Positions 39,827 through 48,761 of a DNA stretch of 64,000 nucleotides are shown here, one piece after another. A program made the translations under genes and the position numbers. Origin of the DNA: an uncultured delta proteobacterium (lineage in GTDB: Bacteria > Myxococcota_A > Polyangia > Polyangiales > Houyiibacteriaceae). The DNA lies in NCBI GenBank assembly GCA_963746475.1, contig CAVVBB010000002.1, positions 785,079 through 849,078 on the forward strand, given 5' to 3'. Position 1 is the stretch's first letter; each line of letters starts with the position of its first letter. A model generated the notes under the pieces. That model searched no databases, was not told where the DNA came from, and worked only from the letters and a program-made list of their open reading frames with translations.

Positions 39827-40795
39827 TCAGCTGGCTCGGATGAGTAGGGTGATATAGGTCGTGAACGTGGCCAGCAGGAGTGCCCCCTCTAGGCGGTTCA
39901 CTCGCATCCCGGTCCTCATGAGCGGAAAGAGGAGCAACGACAGGCCGATCATCCACCAGTTGTCCCGTGCGATGATCTCGGAGGGCACAGGCAGCGGGTG
40001 GATCAGAGCCGTCGTTCCGAGGATGCCGAGAACATTGAAGATGTTTGAGCCAACTACATTTCCGACCGCCATATCGTCTTGGCCTCGTCTTGCGGCCACG
40101 AGTGACGTAACGAGCTCCGGAGTGCTCGTGCCAGCCGCCACGATAGTCAACCCGATGACAGAGTCGGAAACGCCGAGAGAGCTCGCAATGCCGACCGCGC
40201 CGTGGACCAGCGCAGTCGAGCCTGACGCGAGAAGGCCCAAGCCCAAAAGCAACGCTCCGAGGTTGAAAGCCAATGCTGCCCTGCCGGTACGGCCGAAGGA
40301 GGCGGTCGCAATCTCTTCGAACTCATCCTGTTCCACTTGCACCGTGGCCTTCTTGCCTATCCAAACAGCATAGGCGGTGAAGGCAATCATGGCCGAAAGC
40401 AGGAAAGCCCCTTCGAGTCGATCGACCCGTGCGTCACGGGCAAGAAGGTGAAGCTGAACGGTAGCGAGCATCATGATCGGCCATTCTAGGCGAACGGCGT
40501 TTCCTCGGATCTTCAGCGGAGTCATCAAAGCGGCGAGACCAAGGATTGCGCCGATGTTGAAGATATTGGAACCAACTACGTTCCCGACTGCCAGCCCCGG
40601 CCTACCTTCGAGCGCAGCCTGCAACGATACGACGAGCTCGGGCATGGATGTTCCGGCCGCGACAATGGTCAGTCCGACGACTGCGGGTGTCACGCGCGCG
40701 AGCATCGCGATGCCGCTCGCACCGCGGACCAGCGCGTCACCCCCGGCTATCAGCAGCACCAAACCAAGGACGACCAAGAGCCAATCGACCATCAT
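39827..40795 (-). CDS. Ca2+/Na+ (K+-dependent type) antiporter, CaCA/YrbG family
   Basis: Two alpha-repeats are present: [17 protein letters not shown]...[11 protein letters not shown] and [17 protein letters not shown]...[11 protein letters not shown]. Start chosen at MMVDWLL (40795). Confidence 0.85.
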   Translation of the reverse strand: MMVDWLLVVLGLVLLIAGGDALVRGASGIAMLARVTPAVVGLTIVAAGTSMPELVVSLQAALEGRPGLAVGNVVGSNIFNIGAILGLAALMTPLKIRGNAVRLEWPIMMLATVQLHLLARDARVDRLEGAFLLSAMIAFTAYAVWIGKKATVQVEQDEFEEIATASFGRTGRAALAFNLGALLLGLGLLASGSTALVHGAVGIASSLGVSDSVIGLTIVAAGTSTPELVTSLVAARRGQDDMAVGNVVGSNIFNVLGILGTTALIHPLPVPSEIIARDNWWMIGLSLLLFPLMRTGMRVNRLEGALLLATFTTYITLLIRAS

Positions 40796-41026
40796 GACAG
40801 GCCTAGATCCCACCGCCACCACGGTTTGGCAACGTCTGGGTGCAAACGGGTCAAACATGATGCCCTCGCGAACCGGTTCCGAATGGACGCAGCGTGCTCG
40901 AGGCCCCGAGAAAGCTGCCAGGCGCCCAGCCCAACGGGCGACCGCGTTCCTTCAACTTCAGAAGGCGGCGAAAACGAACGCCAAGAAGAGAGAGCAATGT
41001 GATACCTAGTTTATGTAGGTGGATGT

Positions 41027-44000
41027 ATGCTGCTTCGGCTTTGGATGAGGTTTTTCGTCGGATTCCTGCTCGGCTTCGCGTTGGCAACACAGTCGAGCGC
41101 GCAACCGTACGGCTTGGATGCGCCTCAGGCCGTGGGCCCGTTCCTCGACGGCGTGATGCCCGACAAGACTCCGCAAGATCCCGGAAGCTCGACGTGGCAG
41201 GTGGTGGACGCGTTTCAAGTCGCGGTCCCGAATACGCTGGTCATCGAGCCCAACCCCGCCGACAACCGCTTGTACGTCGGCTCGCGAGGCGGCGTCATCG
41301 TCTCGTTCGAGAACGACGAGCTCGCCACTGATCCGCCTGAAGACTTCATGGACATCTCGGACCGGGTGGCAGTCGTCTGGGACGGCGGCTTTCTCGGTCT
41401 CGCCTTTCACCCGCTGTTCGGAGGCGTCATCTCGGCGCCCGAAGACCCGATCGAGTACGAAACGACCTTCTACGTGTACTACTCCTCGTACTGCCCAACG
41501 ACGCTCGTCGGATCGAGCTACGTCAACGATTGGGCGAACTGCAACCCCGGCTATCCACAGGGCTCGAGATCGGGTTTCTTCAACACCTGGCTCCGGCTTT
41601 CGCGCTTCGAAGCGTACTGGGACGATGTCGCCCAAGTCTGGCGTGGCGACCCGAGCAGCGAGGAGCCGATGTTCAACGTCCGCCTCTACAACGGCTCGCA
41701 TCGAGGTGGCGGGCCGGAATGGGGAGCGGATGGAAAGCTGTACCTGATGGTCGGCGATCAGTTTCGCTACGACACCGCACAGGATATCGTCGACAGCTTC
41801 GAAGGTGGCTCGCTCCGACTCGAGGCCGACATCATCGACAACGGCGACGGCACCTGGGACTGCCCCGTAGGGAGTCACTTCGCGATCCGCACCATGCAGG
41901 ACGTGACCGGCAACGCCGACGAGATGACCGGTCACCGATACTGCATTCCGGACGACAACCCTTGGCCAGGTTGGTCGGGTGAGAACTTCGGTGAATACAA
42001 CAGCATCGGACACCGAAATCCCCACCGCATGACTCTCGATCCGGTCTCTGGCCTTCTCTGGTCCGGTGAGGTCGGACAAAGCGCCCGCGAGGAAATCAAC
42101 ATCATCACTACGGGGCGCAATTATCAGTGGCCTTACATGGAGGGTTACGCGACGGGAGTGCGCGCAAAACCAGCGTTCATCATCGGCCAGGAGCAGCCGC
42201 CCGTGGCCGATTTCGATCGGACCGAGGCGCGCACCATCATCGGCGGATATGTGTACAGGGGCACTCGCTTCCCCGAGCTGTCGGGGCTCTACATCACGGG
42301 CGACTATTCCACGAACAACATCTGGGCGCTGACGCTCGACATGAACACGATGACGGCGACGAAACAGCTGCTCACGACCTTCCCCCCTGGTTCGCTAGGG
42401 ACTTTCGGTCAGGACAACGCTGGTGAGATCTATCTGGGTGACGTGGTCGCGAACATTCCCCTGCAGCGGCTCGAACGTAGCGGTGGCGCCGTGCCCGATC
42501 CGCCAGCGCTCCTCTCGCAGACCGGAGCCTTCCTGGACACTGCGAACTTCATCGTAAACCCGGCCGCCGTACCTTATGACCTGGTCCCGTTCTGGTCGGA
42601 CGGTGCGTACAAGCAGCGTTGGATCTTCCTTCCGAACGACGGCACGCACGACGCACCGGATGAGCAAATTTCCTTCTCGTCCGATTCGAACTGGGGCTTC
42701 CCCGACGGGACGGTCGCCATGAAGCACTTCGAGCTCGGCCTGAACGAGAACGATCCAAGCAATCGCGTTCGCCTTGAGACTCGAATGATCGTGCAGGGGG
42801 TGGACGGAAAGGTCTACGGCGTGACCTATCGCTGGCGCCCAGATCAGCTCGACGCAGACCTCCTCTCCGTCGCGGAGACGGCGGACTACAGCATCCAATT
42901 GGCGGGCGGCGGAACCCGAACGCAGACCTGGCTCTTCCCCTCCCGTGCCGAATGCTTGCAATGTCATACCGATGGTGCGGGCGGGTTCCTGGGGCTTCGA
43001 ACGCACCAGCAGAACCGTGAGATGACCTACCCGAGCACCGGTCGTACGGACAATCAGCTCAGAACCTGGAACTCCCTCGGCATGTTCAGGCCAGCGCTGA
43101 ACGAGACCGACATCCCGAGCTATCCGCAGTCCGCACGTCTCGACGATGTCACGGCGTCGTTGGAGACCAGGGTGCGCTCCTGGCTGGACTCGAATTGCTC
43201 GAACTGCCACCGACCCGAAACCGGGAACCGCGCCGCCTTCGATGCCCGCTTCACGACCCCACTGAGCAGCCAGGGCCTCGTCTGGGGGGGCGCCCTCGAC
43301 GACCTCGGCATCAGTGAACCGTACTTGGTCTCTCCTGCAGACCCGAGCGCCTCGGTCGTGCGCGTGCGGGCCGCAGCCGCGGGAGGCTCCGGTATCAAGA
43401 TGCCGCCGCTCGCCAAGGAGCTGGCCGAGCAACCTGCCGTCGATCTACTCGACGAGTGGATCACACGGTTGGACCCTGGTTATCCGCGTACCGGCCTCAA
43501 CTACGCGTACTACGAGGAAGTCGAGCTTTCCGTGCTTCCGAACTTCGATGCGCTCACGCCGGTCGCCAACGGTGCCACGCCCACAATCGACATCTCGGTG
43601 CGACTGAGAGACGATGACTTCGCCTTTCGTTTCACCGGTTACATCGAAATTCCGGAAGCCGGTGACTGGACCTTCTATACGAGCTCGGACGACGGCAGCC
43701 AGCTTTTCATCGACGGGACCCTAGTCGTCGACAACGACGGTTTGCACGCAAACGAAGAACGTTCCGGAACCATCAACTTGGCTGCCGGCTTCTACGAGAT
43801 CGTGGTCACGATGTTTGAGCGGGCCGGCGAGCAGGTCCTGACGGCAAGCTGGTCGCACGAAAATGTACCGAAGCAGTTCATTCCAGGCGGCCGCCTGTAT
43901 CTGCAGCTGCCTGGACCGATCGACAACGAGCCCCCGGTGCTTTCCTCGCCAGGTCCGCAGAGCAATGTCGAGGGTGAGAGCCTTCTGCTTGCGCTGAGCG

Positions 44001-45958
44001 CCACCGACCCAGACGGCGACTTGCCGTACTACGAAGCGGCTCCGCTGCCCGCTGGACTGTCGATCAACAAGCAGACCGGCGAGATCTCCGGCACCATCGA
44101 GTTCGGCCAAGTCGGCGTCTTTTCGGTGGACGCAAGTGTGAGCGACGGCCCGGAGATCTCAGTGGTGCACTTCGACTGGACAATCACTGCGGCCGGACTC
44201 TGCCAGGGCGTCGACTGCCCCGATGCCGATCCCGAGGACTGTATCGTAGGAGAGTGCGATTCCCAGGATGGCCTCTGTTACGACGTCCCAGTCGCCGACG
44301 GCGCGGCCTGCGACGTCGGCGGCCTCGCAGGGCTCTGTAGTGCTGGAAATTGCGAGACGAGCGATCCGTGTGAGAGCTCGCAGTGTGACGACGGAAACGA
44401 GTGCACGCTGGACAGCTGTGATTCCGGAACCGGGCTCTGTTCGATGTCAGCGCTGCCCGATGACACGCCTTGCAGCCTAGGGAGTTGTCAGTCCGGCGTG
44501 TGCCAGTCTGAAACGGCGGCTTGCGACGGCATGCCGGCGCGCACGCCATGCGGGGTCGGGGGCATCTGTGACTACCGCGGCAACTGCATCCCCGGAAACC
44601 TTTGCGACGGGGTCGACTGTAACGACGGCAATGAGTGCACCTGGGACGGCTGTGACCCGGTGGGCGGCGTCTGTGCGAGCTCCCCGGTCACCGACGGCAC
44701 AGCGTGCAGTGGCGGGGCAGGCACCTGCACCGGCGGCCTTTGCGACGCGGCGCCTCCGCTTTGCGAGGGCGTGGACTGTAACGACGGCAATGAGTGCACG
44801 GAGGACCGCTGTAACCCCCAGAACGGAAGCTGCCTCAATCCGAGTGCAGGACTGAACGGCACTCCCTGTGGGGGCGGCAGCGGCAGATGCAATGCCGGAA
44901 GCTGCGAGCCAAACCCGACCGATTGCACGGGGCGCGCCGCGCGCACGCCATGCGGGGTCGGGGGCATCTGTGACTACCGCGGCAACTGCATCCCCGGAAA
45001 CCTTTGCGACGGGGTCGACTGTAACGACGGCAATGAGTGCACCTGGGACGGCTGTGACCCGGTGGGCGGCGTCTGTGCGAGCTCCCCGGTCACCGACGGC
45101 ACAGCGTGCAGTGGCGGGGCAGGCACCTGCACCGGCGGCCTTTGCGACGCGGCGCCTCCGCTTTGCGAGGGCGTGGACTGTAACGACGGCAATGAGTGCA
45201 CGGAGGACCGCTGTAACCCCCAGAACGGAAGCTGCCTCAATCCGAGTGCAGGACTGAACGGCACTCCCTGTGGGGGCGGCAGCGGCAGATGCAATGCCGG
45301 AAGCTGCGAGCCAAACCCAAGCGATTGCACGGGGCGCGCCGCGCGCACGCCATGCGGGGTCGGGGGCATCTGTGACTACCGCGGCAACTGCATCCCCGGA
45401 AACCTTTGCGACGGGGTCGACTGTAACGACGGCAATGAGTGCACCTGGGACGGCTGTGACCCCGTGGGCGGCGTCTGCGCGAGCTCCCCGGTCACGGACG
45501 GCACGGCGTGCAGTGGCGGGGCAGGCACCTGCACGGGCGGCCTTTGCGACGCGGCGGCTCCGCTTTGCGAGGGCGTCGATTGTAACGACGGCAATGAGTG
45601 TACGGAGGACCGCTGTAACCCCCAGAACGGAAGCTGCCTCAATCCGAGTGCAGGACTGAACGGCACTCCCTGTGGTGGCGGCAGCGGCAGATGTAACGCC
45701 GGCAGCTGCGAGCCTAACCCGACCGATTGCACGGGGCGCGCCGCGCGCACGCCATGCGGGGTCGGGGGCATCTGCGACTACCGCGGCAACTGCATCCCCG
45801 GAAACCTTTGCGACGGGGTCGACTGTAACGACGGCAATGAGTGCACCTGGGACGGCTGTGACCCCGTGGGCGGCGTCTGCGCGAACTCTCCTGCGACCGG
45901 AATCGTATGCAATGGCGGCGCTGGCACCTGCGATGCGGCGGGAAATTGCCTCCCCTGA
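41027..45958 (+). CDS. 1643-aa secreted mosaic: PQQ-dependent (soluble glucose/sorbosone) sugar dehydrogenase-like propeller, two CxxCH haem-c motifs, PA14 domain, cadherin-like Ig domain, myxo-type Cys-rich repeats
   Basis: The signal peptide ends ATQSSAQ. The propeller has GFLGLAFHP, HRGGGPEWGADGKLYLMVGD, GHRNPHRMTLDP and GEVGQSAREEINIITTGRNYQWPYMEG. The haem motifs are CLQCH and CSNCH. The PA14 domain has FRFTGYIEIPEAGDWTFYTSSDDGSQLFIDG. The cadherin-like domain has ATDPDGDLPYYEAAPLPAGLSINKQTGEISG. Repeated CxGVDCNDGNECTxDxC modules follow. Confidence 0.8.
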   Translation: MLLRLWMRFFVGFLLGFALATQSSAQPYGLDAPQAVGPFLDGVMPDKTPQDPGSSTWQVVDAFQVAVPNTLVIEPNPADNRLYVGSRGGVIVSFENDELATDPPEDFMDISDRVAVVWDGGFLGLAFHPLFGGVISAPEDPIEYETTFYVYYSSYCPTTLVGSSYVNDWANCNPGYPQGSRSGFFNTWLRLSRFEAYWDDVAQVWRGDPSSEEPMFNVRLYNGSHRGGGPEWGADGKLYLMVGDQFRYDTAQDIVDSFEGGSLRLEADIIDNGDGTWDCPVGSHFAIRTMQDVTGNADEMTGHRYCIPDDNPWPGWSGENFGEYNSIGHRNPHRMTLDPVSGLLWSGEVGQSAREEINIITTGRNYQWPYMEGYATGVRAKPAFIIGQEQPPVADFDRTEARTIIGGYVYRGTRFPELSGLYITGDYSTNNIWALTLDMNTMTATKQLLTTFPPGSLGTFGQDNAGEIYLGDVVANIPLQRLERSGGAVPDPPALLSQTGAFLDTANFIVNPAAVPYDLVPFWSDGAYKQRWIFLPNDGTHDAPDEQISFSSDSNWGFPDGTVAMKHFELGLNENDPSNRVRLETRMIVQGVDGKVYGVTYRWRPDQLDADLLSVAETADYSIQLAGGGTRTQTWLFPSRAECLQCHTDGAGGFLGLRTHQQNREMTYPSTGRTDNQLRTWNSLGMFRPALNETDIPSYPQSARLDDVTASLETRVRSWLDSNCSNCHRPETGNRAAFDARFTTPLSSQGLVWGGALDDLGISEPYLVSPADPSASVVRVRAAAAGGSGIKMPPLAKELAEQPAVDLLDEWITRLDPGYPRTGLNYAYYEEVELSVLPNFDALTPVANGATPTIDISVRLRDDDFAFRFTGYIEIPEAGDWTFYTSSDDGSQLFIDGTLVVDNDGLHANEERSGTINLAAGFYEIVVTMFERAGEQVLTASWSHENVPKQFIPGGRLYLQLPGPIDNEPPVLSSPGPQSNVEGESLLLALSATDPDGDLPYYEAAPLPAGLSINKQTGEISGTIEFGQVGVFSVDASVSDGPEISVVHFDWTITAAGLCQGVDCPDADPEDCIVGECDSQDGLCYDVPVADGAACDVGGLAGLCSAGNCETSDPCESSQCDDGNECTLDSCDSGTGLCSMSALPDDTPCSLGSCQSGVCQSETAACDGMPARTPCGVGGICDYRGNCIPGNLCDGVDCNDGNECTWDGCDPVGGVCASSPVTDGTACSGGAGTCTGGLCDAAPPLCEGVDCNDGNECTEDRCNPQNGSCLNPSAGLNGTPCGGGSGRCNAGSCEPNPTDCTGRAARTPCGVGGICDYRGNCIPGNLCDGVDCNDGNECTWDGCDPVGGVCASSPVTDGTACSGGAGTCTGGLCDAAPPLCEGVDCNDGNECTEDRCNPQNGSCLNPSAGLNGTPCGGGSGRCNAGSCEPNPSDCTGRAARTPCGVGGICDYRGNCIPGNLCDGVDCNDGNECTWDGCDPVGGVCASSPVTDGTACSGGAGTCTGGLCDAAAPLCEGVDCNDGNECTEDRCNPQNGSCLNPSAGLNGTPCGGGSGRCNAGSCEPNPTDCTGRAARTPCGVGGICDYRGNCIPGNLCDGVDCNDGNECTWDGCDPVGGVCANSPATGIVCNGGAGTCDAAGNCLP
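44539..45957 (+). repeat. 402-bp (134-aa) in-frame tandem repeat, three full copies plus a partial fourth
   Basis: The landmark GCGCACGCCATGCGGGGTCGGGGGCATCTG recurs at 44539, 44941, 45343 and 45745, spaced exactly 402 bp. Copies 1 and 2 differ by eye only in one codon pair (ACC GAT vs AGC GAT region). Copy 3 carries scattered, mostly synonymous changes. Confidence 0.9.
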
Positions 45959-46158
45959 ACAACGACCGCAAAGAGGGGGCCTGGTCGCCCATCCCAAGGG
46001 GTGTAACGCACCCTCGAGCACGCACGACATCCTCGCCGTTGCGTGATGACGGTAGGGGCTGTGCGTAGGTCGTGAAAGAGGCCTAAAGCGTTACGGATCC
46101 GCTGTTGACACTCGCTATCGAAGAGAGCAGCGTCGAGATCCAGCTGGAGGACCTGGTA

Positions 46159-47648
46159 ATGGGAAAATCTCGTGAATTGCCGCCGCCGCCGCCGCGTTTC
46201 TATGTGCGCTGTCGACGGGCGGGGCACATGCGCAGTCGGCCGATCAAATCATCGACAAGATGATCCGCGCGGAGAATGCAGCCCTTCGGGGCGTCGACAA
46301 CTACGTGATGAAGGCCGAGACCATGGGCATCACCACGGTGTCGTACTTCGAGAAGGCATCCGAGGTGAAGCTCAGCAATGGGCAGACGGCCTACGTCATG
46401 CGCAACGTACCCCTGACTCAGGCGTCGCAGAACGGGACTCAGAGCGGCAGCTTTGCTGACGCGTCACCCGAAGAGCTCGAGCGAGCTGCGGATGACGTGG
46501 CCGCTGCAGGCGTCCAGATGCAGAAGGGGATGGATCAGGAGATGAAATCGGCGGGGCTTCCGCCAGGGATGGGAGACATGCTCATGGGGGCGCCCGACGA
46601 CGAGCCCTGGCTCTCCGCGAACCCAAGCGACATGACCGGGATGTACGCCACGATGCTGAACGGCGCGGCCGAAGGAAAACGCCAACAGGACGCCGACGCG
46701 AAGGCAGACCCCAAGCAGTGGTCCAAAGACCTCGACGCCTTGAAGGCGCGTTCCAGAATCGTCGGGAGCGAGACCGTAGACGGAAAGAAGACGCTCGTCA
46801 TCGAGTCGAAGGGAGCGGTGCCCGCGCCGCGGGTCGACGGGACCGACTTCGAAGTCGAGAAGGTGCGGATGTGGGTCGATGCCGCCAAATACGTTCCGTT
46901 GCGGATGAGGATCGAAGGCACGATGCGTCAGGGAAAGGAAACACGCCCAATCGTTATCGAGCGAAACGATCAGGACTACCGCCTGGTGCCTGGCTGCAAG
47001 GGCATGTACGAGCCGTTTCGGTCGGTGATGAAAATGTCGGGCACGCTCAGCCCCGAGGAGGAGGCCGAGCTCAAGGAAGCCCAAGCGAAGCTCGTCGAGC
47101 TCGATCGGAAGATGGCCGAACTTCCCCCCGAGCAGCAAGAGATGATGAACCGCCAGATGGGGCCGCAACGAAAGATGCTCGAAAGTCTCGCGTCGGGTGG
47201 AGGGGTGGAAATCGAGACGCGTCTCCTCGAAGTTCGCTGCAATGCAGGCCCTCCGTCGCCGCAAGAGGTCCGTCAGGCCTCGGTCGCCGGCGCGGTGGGC
47301 ACCACCCCGCTCCCCGGCTCCCAAACCGCTGCGCCCCCAGTAGTCGCGCCCCGCACGGCCGGCCGGGCAGCAGCGACTGCGCCGGCTTCGAGCTCGATGA
47401 CGCCTGCGCAAGAAGCCTGCCTCAAACAGCGCATGGCAGCTGCTGAGGCCGCGCAAAAACGCAAGAGAGGGCTCGGGCGCCTAGTCAGCGTGGTCTCGAA
47501 AACGGCGGGCCGCGCAGGAGTTCAGGAAGTGGGCGAAGCGGCCAGCGAAGCCCAAGACGCAGACGCCACCGCGCAGGATTTGAAGGCGGCCGCTCGAGAG
47601 CTCGGCGTGACTCAAGACGACATCGCCGCCTGCGAGAGCGCGAAGTAG
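46159..47648 (+). CDS. Hypothetical secreted protein; 5' end appears frameshifted next to a (GCC)5 tract (track ORF starts at 46260)
   Basis: GGAGGA plus ATG 46159 encodes MGKSRE.. in one frame. The main frame is open from 46176 and reads IAAAAAAFLCALSTGGAHA/QSADQIIDKM..., a signal-peptide h- and c-region with no start codon of its own. The body has no confidently recognisable domain (possibly a LolA-like fold). Confidence 0.5.
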
Positions 47649-47780
47649 CACTCGCGATTCCGCCGCGGCGCTCCAGTCGACGGAAAGGTGCGTGTAATGC
47701 CCGTCGAGCGAGCCCCTCAGATCTACATGTGCCAGCGGCGGCCCAGGGCTAGGGCGCGGGGCAGCGAGCGGTGCTTTCGT

Positions 47781-48761
47781 TCAAGGCCGACTCTCTTCGG
47801 ACTGTTCAGGCGGGTCGTTCGCGTGGAAAAACGTGGCGGAGACTTGGCTGCCAAAGGCGTTGAGCCTCAGCTGAACCTCGTCGAGGTACTCGTGCAGCCC
47901 CGATGCGATGATGGTTTCCGGCGAACGGGACGTGAGCCCCTGGAGGGCGTCCAGCGATTGCCGAGGGAACTCGATTTCTTTCAAATCCTCGTTTGTCAGC
48001 AACGCTCCGAGACTGGACTCGATTTGCGCTATGCAGTGAGGCAGCGATCGAGGGAACTGGGGATTGAGAAGAATGAAACCAGCCACCGTGCTGGGTGTCA
48101 TCTCGGCCGGGTAAACCCGCCGGTAGCCGTGGTACGCGGAAGCCGAGCGAAGCAGGGCATTCCATTGGGCGATGTCGATTGGAGAACCGACATCCTTCCA
48201 GGACGGCAGCAGCGCGTGATACTTGATGTCCACCAGCCGCGTGGTTTGGTCGGCGAGCTCGGAGAAGGTGCCCAGGCGGTAGAACAACCAGACCTGATCG
48301 CGGTACAGAGTGCCGGCCACGATTCCCGAATGCAGCTGACATCCTTCTTTGATGCGCGCGCAGAGCCTCGATAACTCCGAAAGTTGAAGATTCCGGGTCT
48401 TCAACGAAGCAAGCCAATTGTGAAACACGTTCAGCTGGACCCAGGTCTCGAGGCTGATCAGGTGCCGAATGCTGCGCGCGTTCTCGCGTGCGGCGTTTAT
48501 CGAGCGAACGATGGAGTTCGGGTTTTCTGGGTCTATGATGTAGAATCGCAAGACCTTTGCCGCCGTTGCTGTGTCGTAGCGCTCGAAAAAAACCTCCTCG
48601 TCCTGATGAAGCCGCAGGATGGGGCGCCAGTCGCTGGCCCCGTGCGCGTCTCGCGCGAAGGTTGCGTTGACGTCGAGAATGCGCGCGAGATTCTCCGCGC
48701 GCTCCACGTACCGCGCCGTCCAGTAGCTGTTTTCAGCGAATCTTGCGAGGAGACTATTCAA
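47781..48761 (-). CDS. Alpha-E domain protein (DUF403)
   Basis: LNSLLARFAENSYWTARYVERAENLARILDV is the characteristic alpha-E N-terminus. A likely TTG start at 48761 overlaps the upstream ATP-grasp stop. The track's longer N-terminal extension is rejected. Confidence 0.75.
   Translation of the reverse strand: MNSLLARFAENSYWTARYVERAENLARILDVNATFARDAHGASDWRPILRLHQDEEVFFERYDTATAAKVLRFYIIDPENPNSIVRSINAARENARSIRHLISLETWVQLNVFHNWLASLKTRNLQLSELSRLCARIKEGCQLHSGIVAGTLYRDQVWLFYRLGTFSELADQTTRLVDIKYHALLPSWKDVGSPIDIAQWNALLRSASAYHGYRRVYPAEMTPSTVAGFILLNPQFPRSLPHCIAQIESSLGALLTNEDLKEIEFPRQSLDALQGLTSRSPETIIASGLHEYLDEVQLRLNAFGSQVSATFFHANDPPEQSEESRP

Noticed and set aside
44477-46030. 517-aa minus-strand ORF and the stacked 129-131-aa ORFs across the 402-bp repeats.
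   Set aside because: They are antisense or alternative frames of the Cys-rich repeat region of the 1643-aa protein. Their periodic recurrence simply mirrors the tandem repeat.
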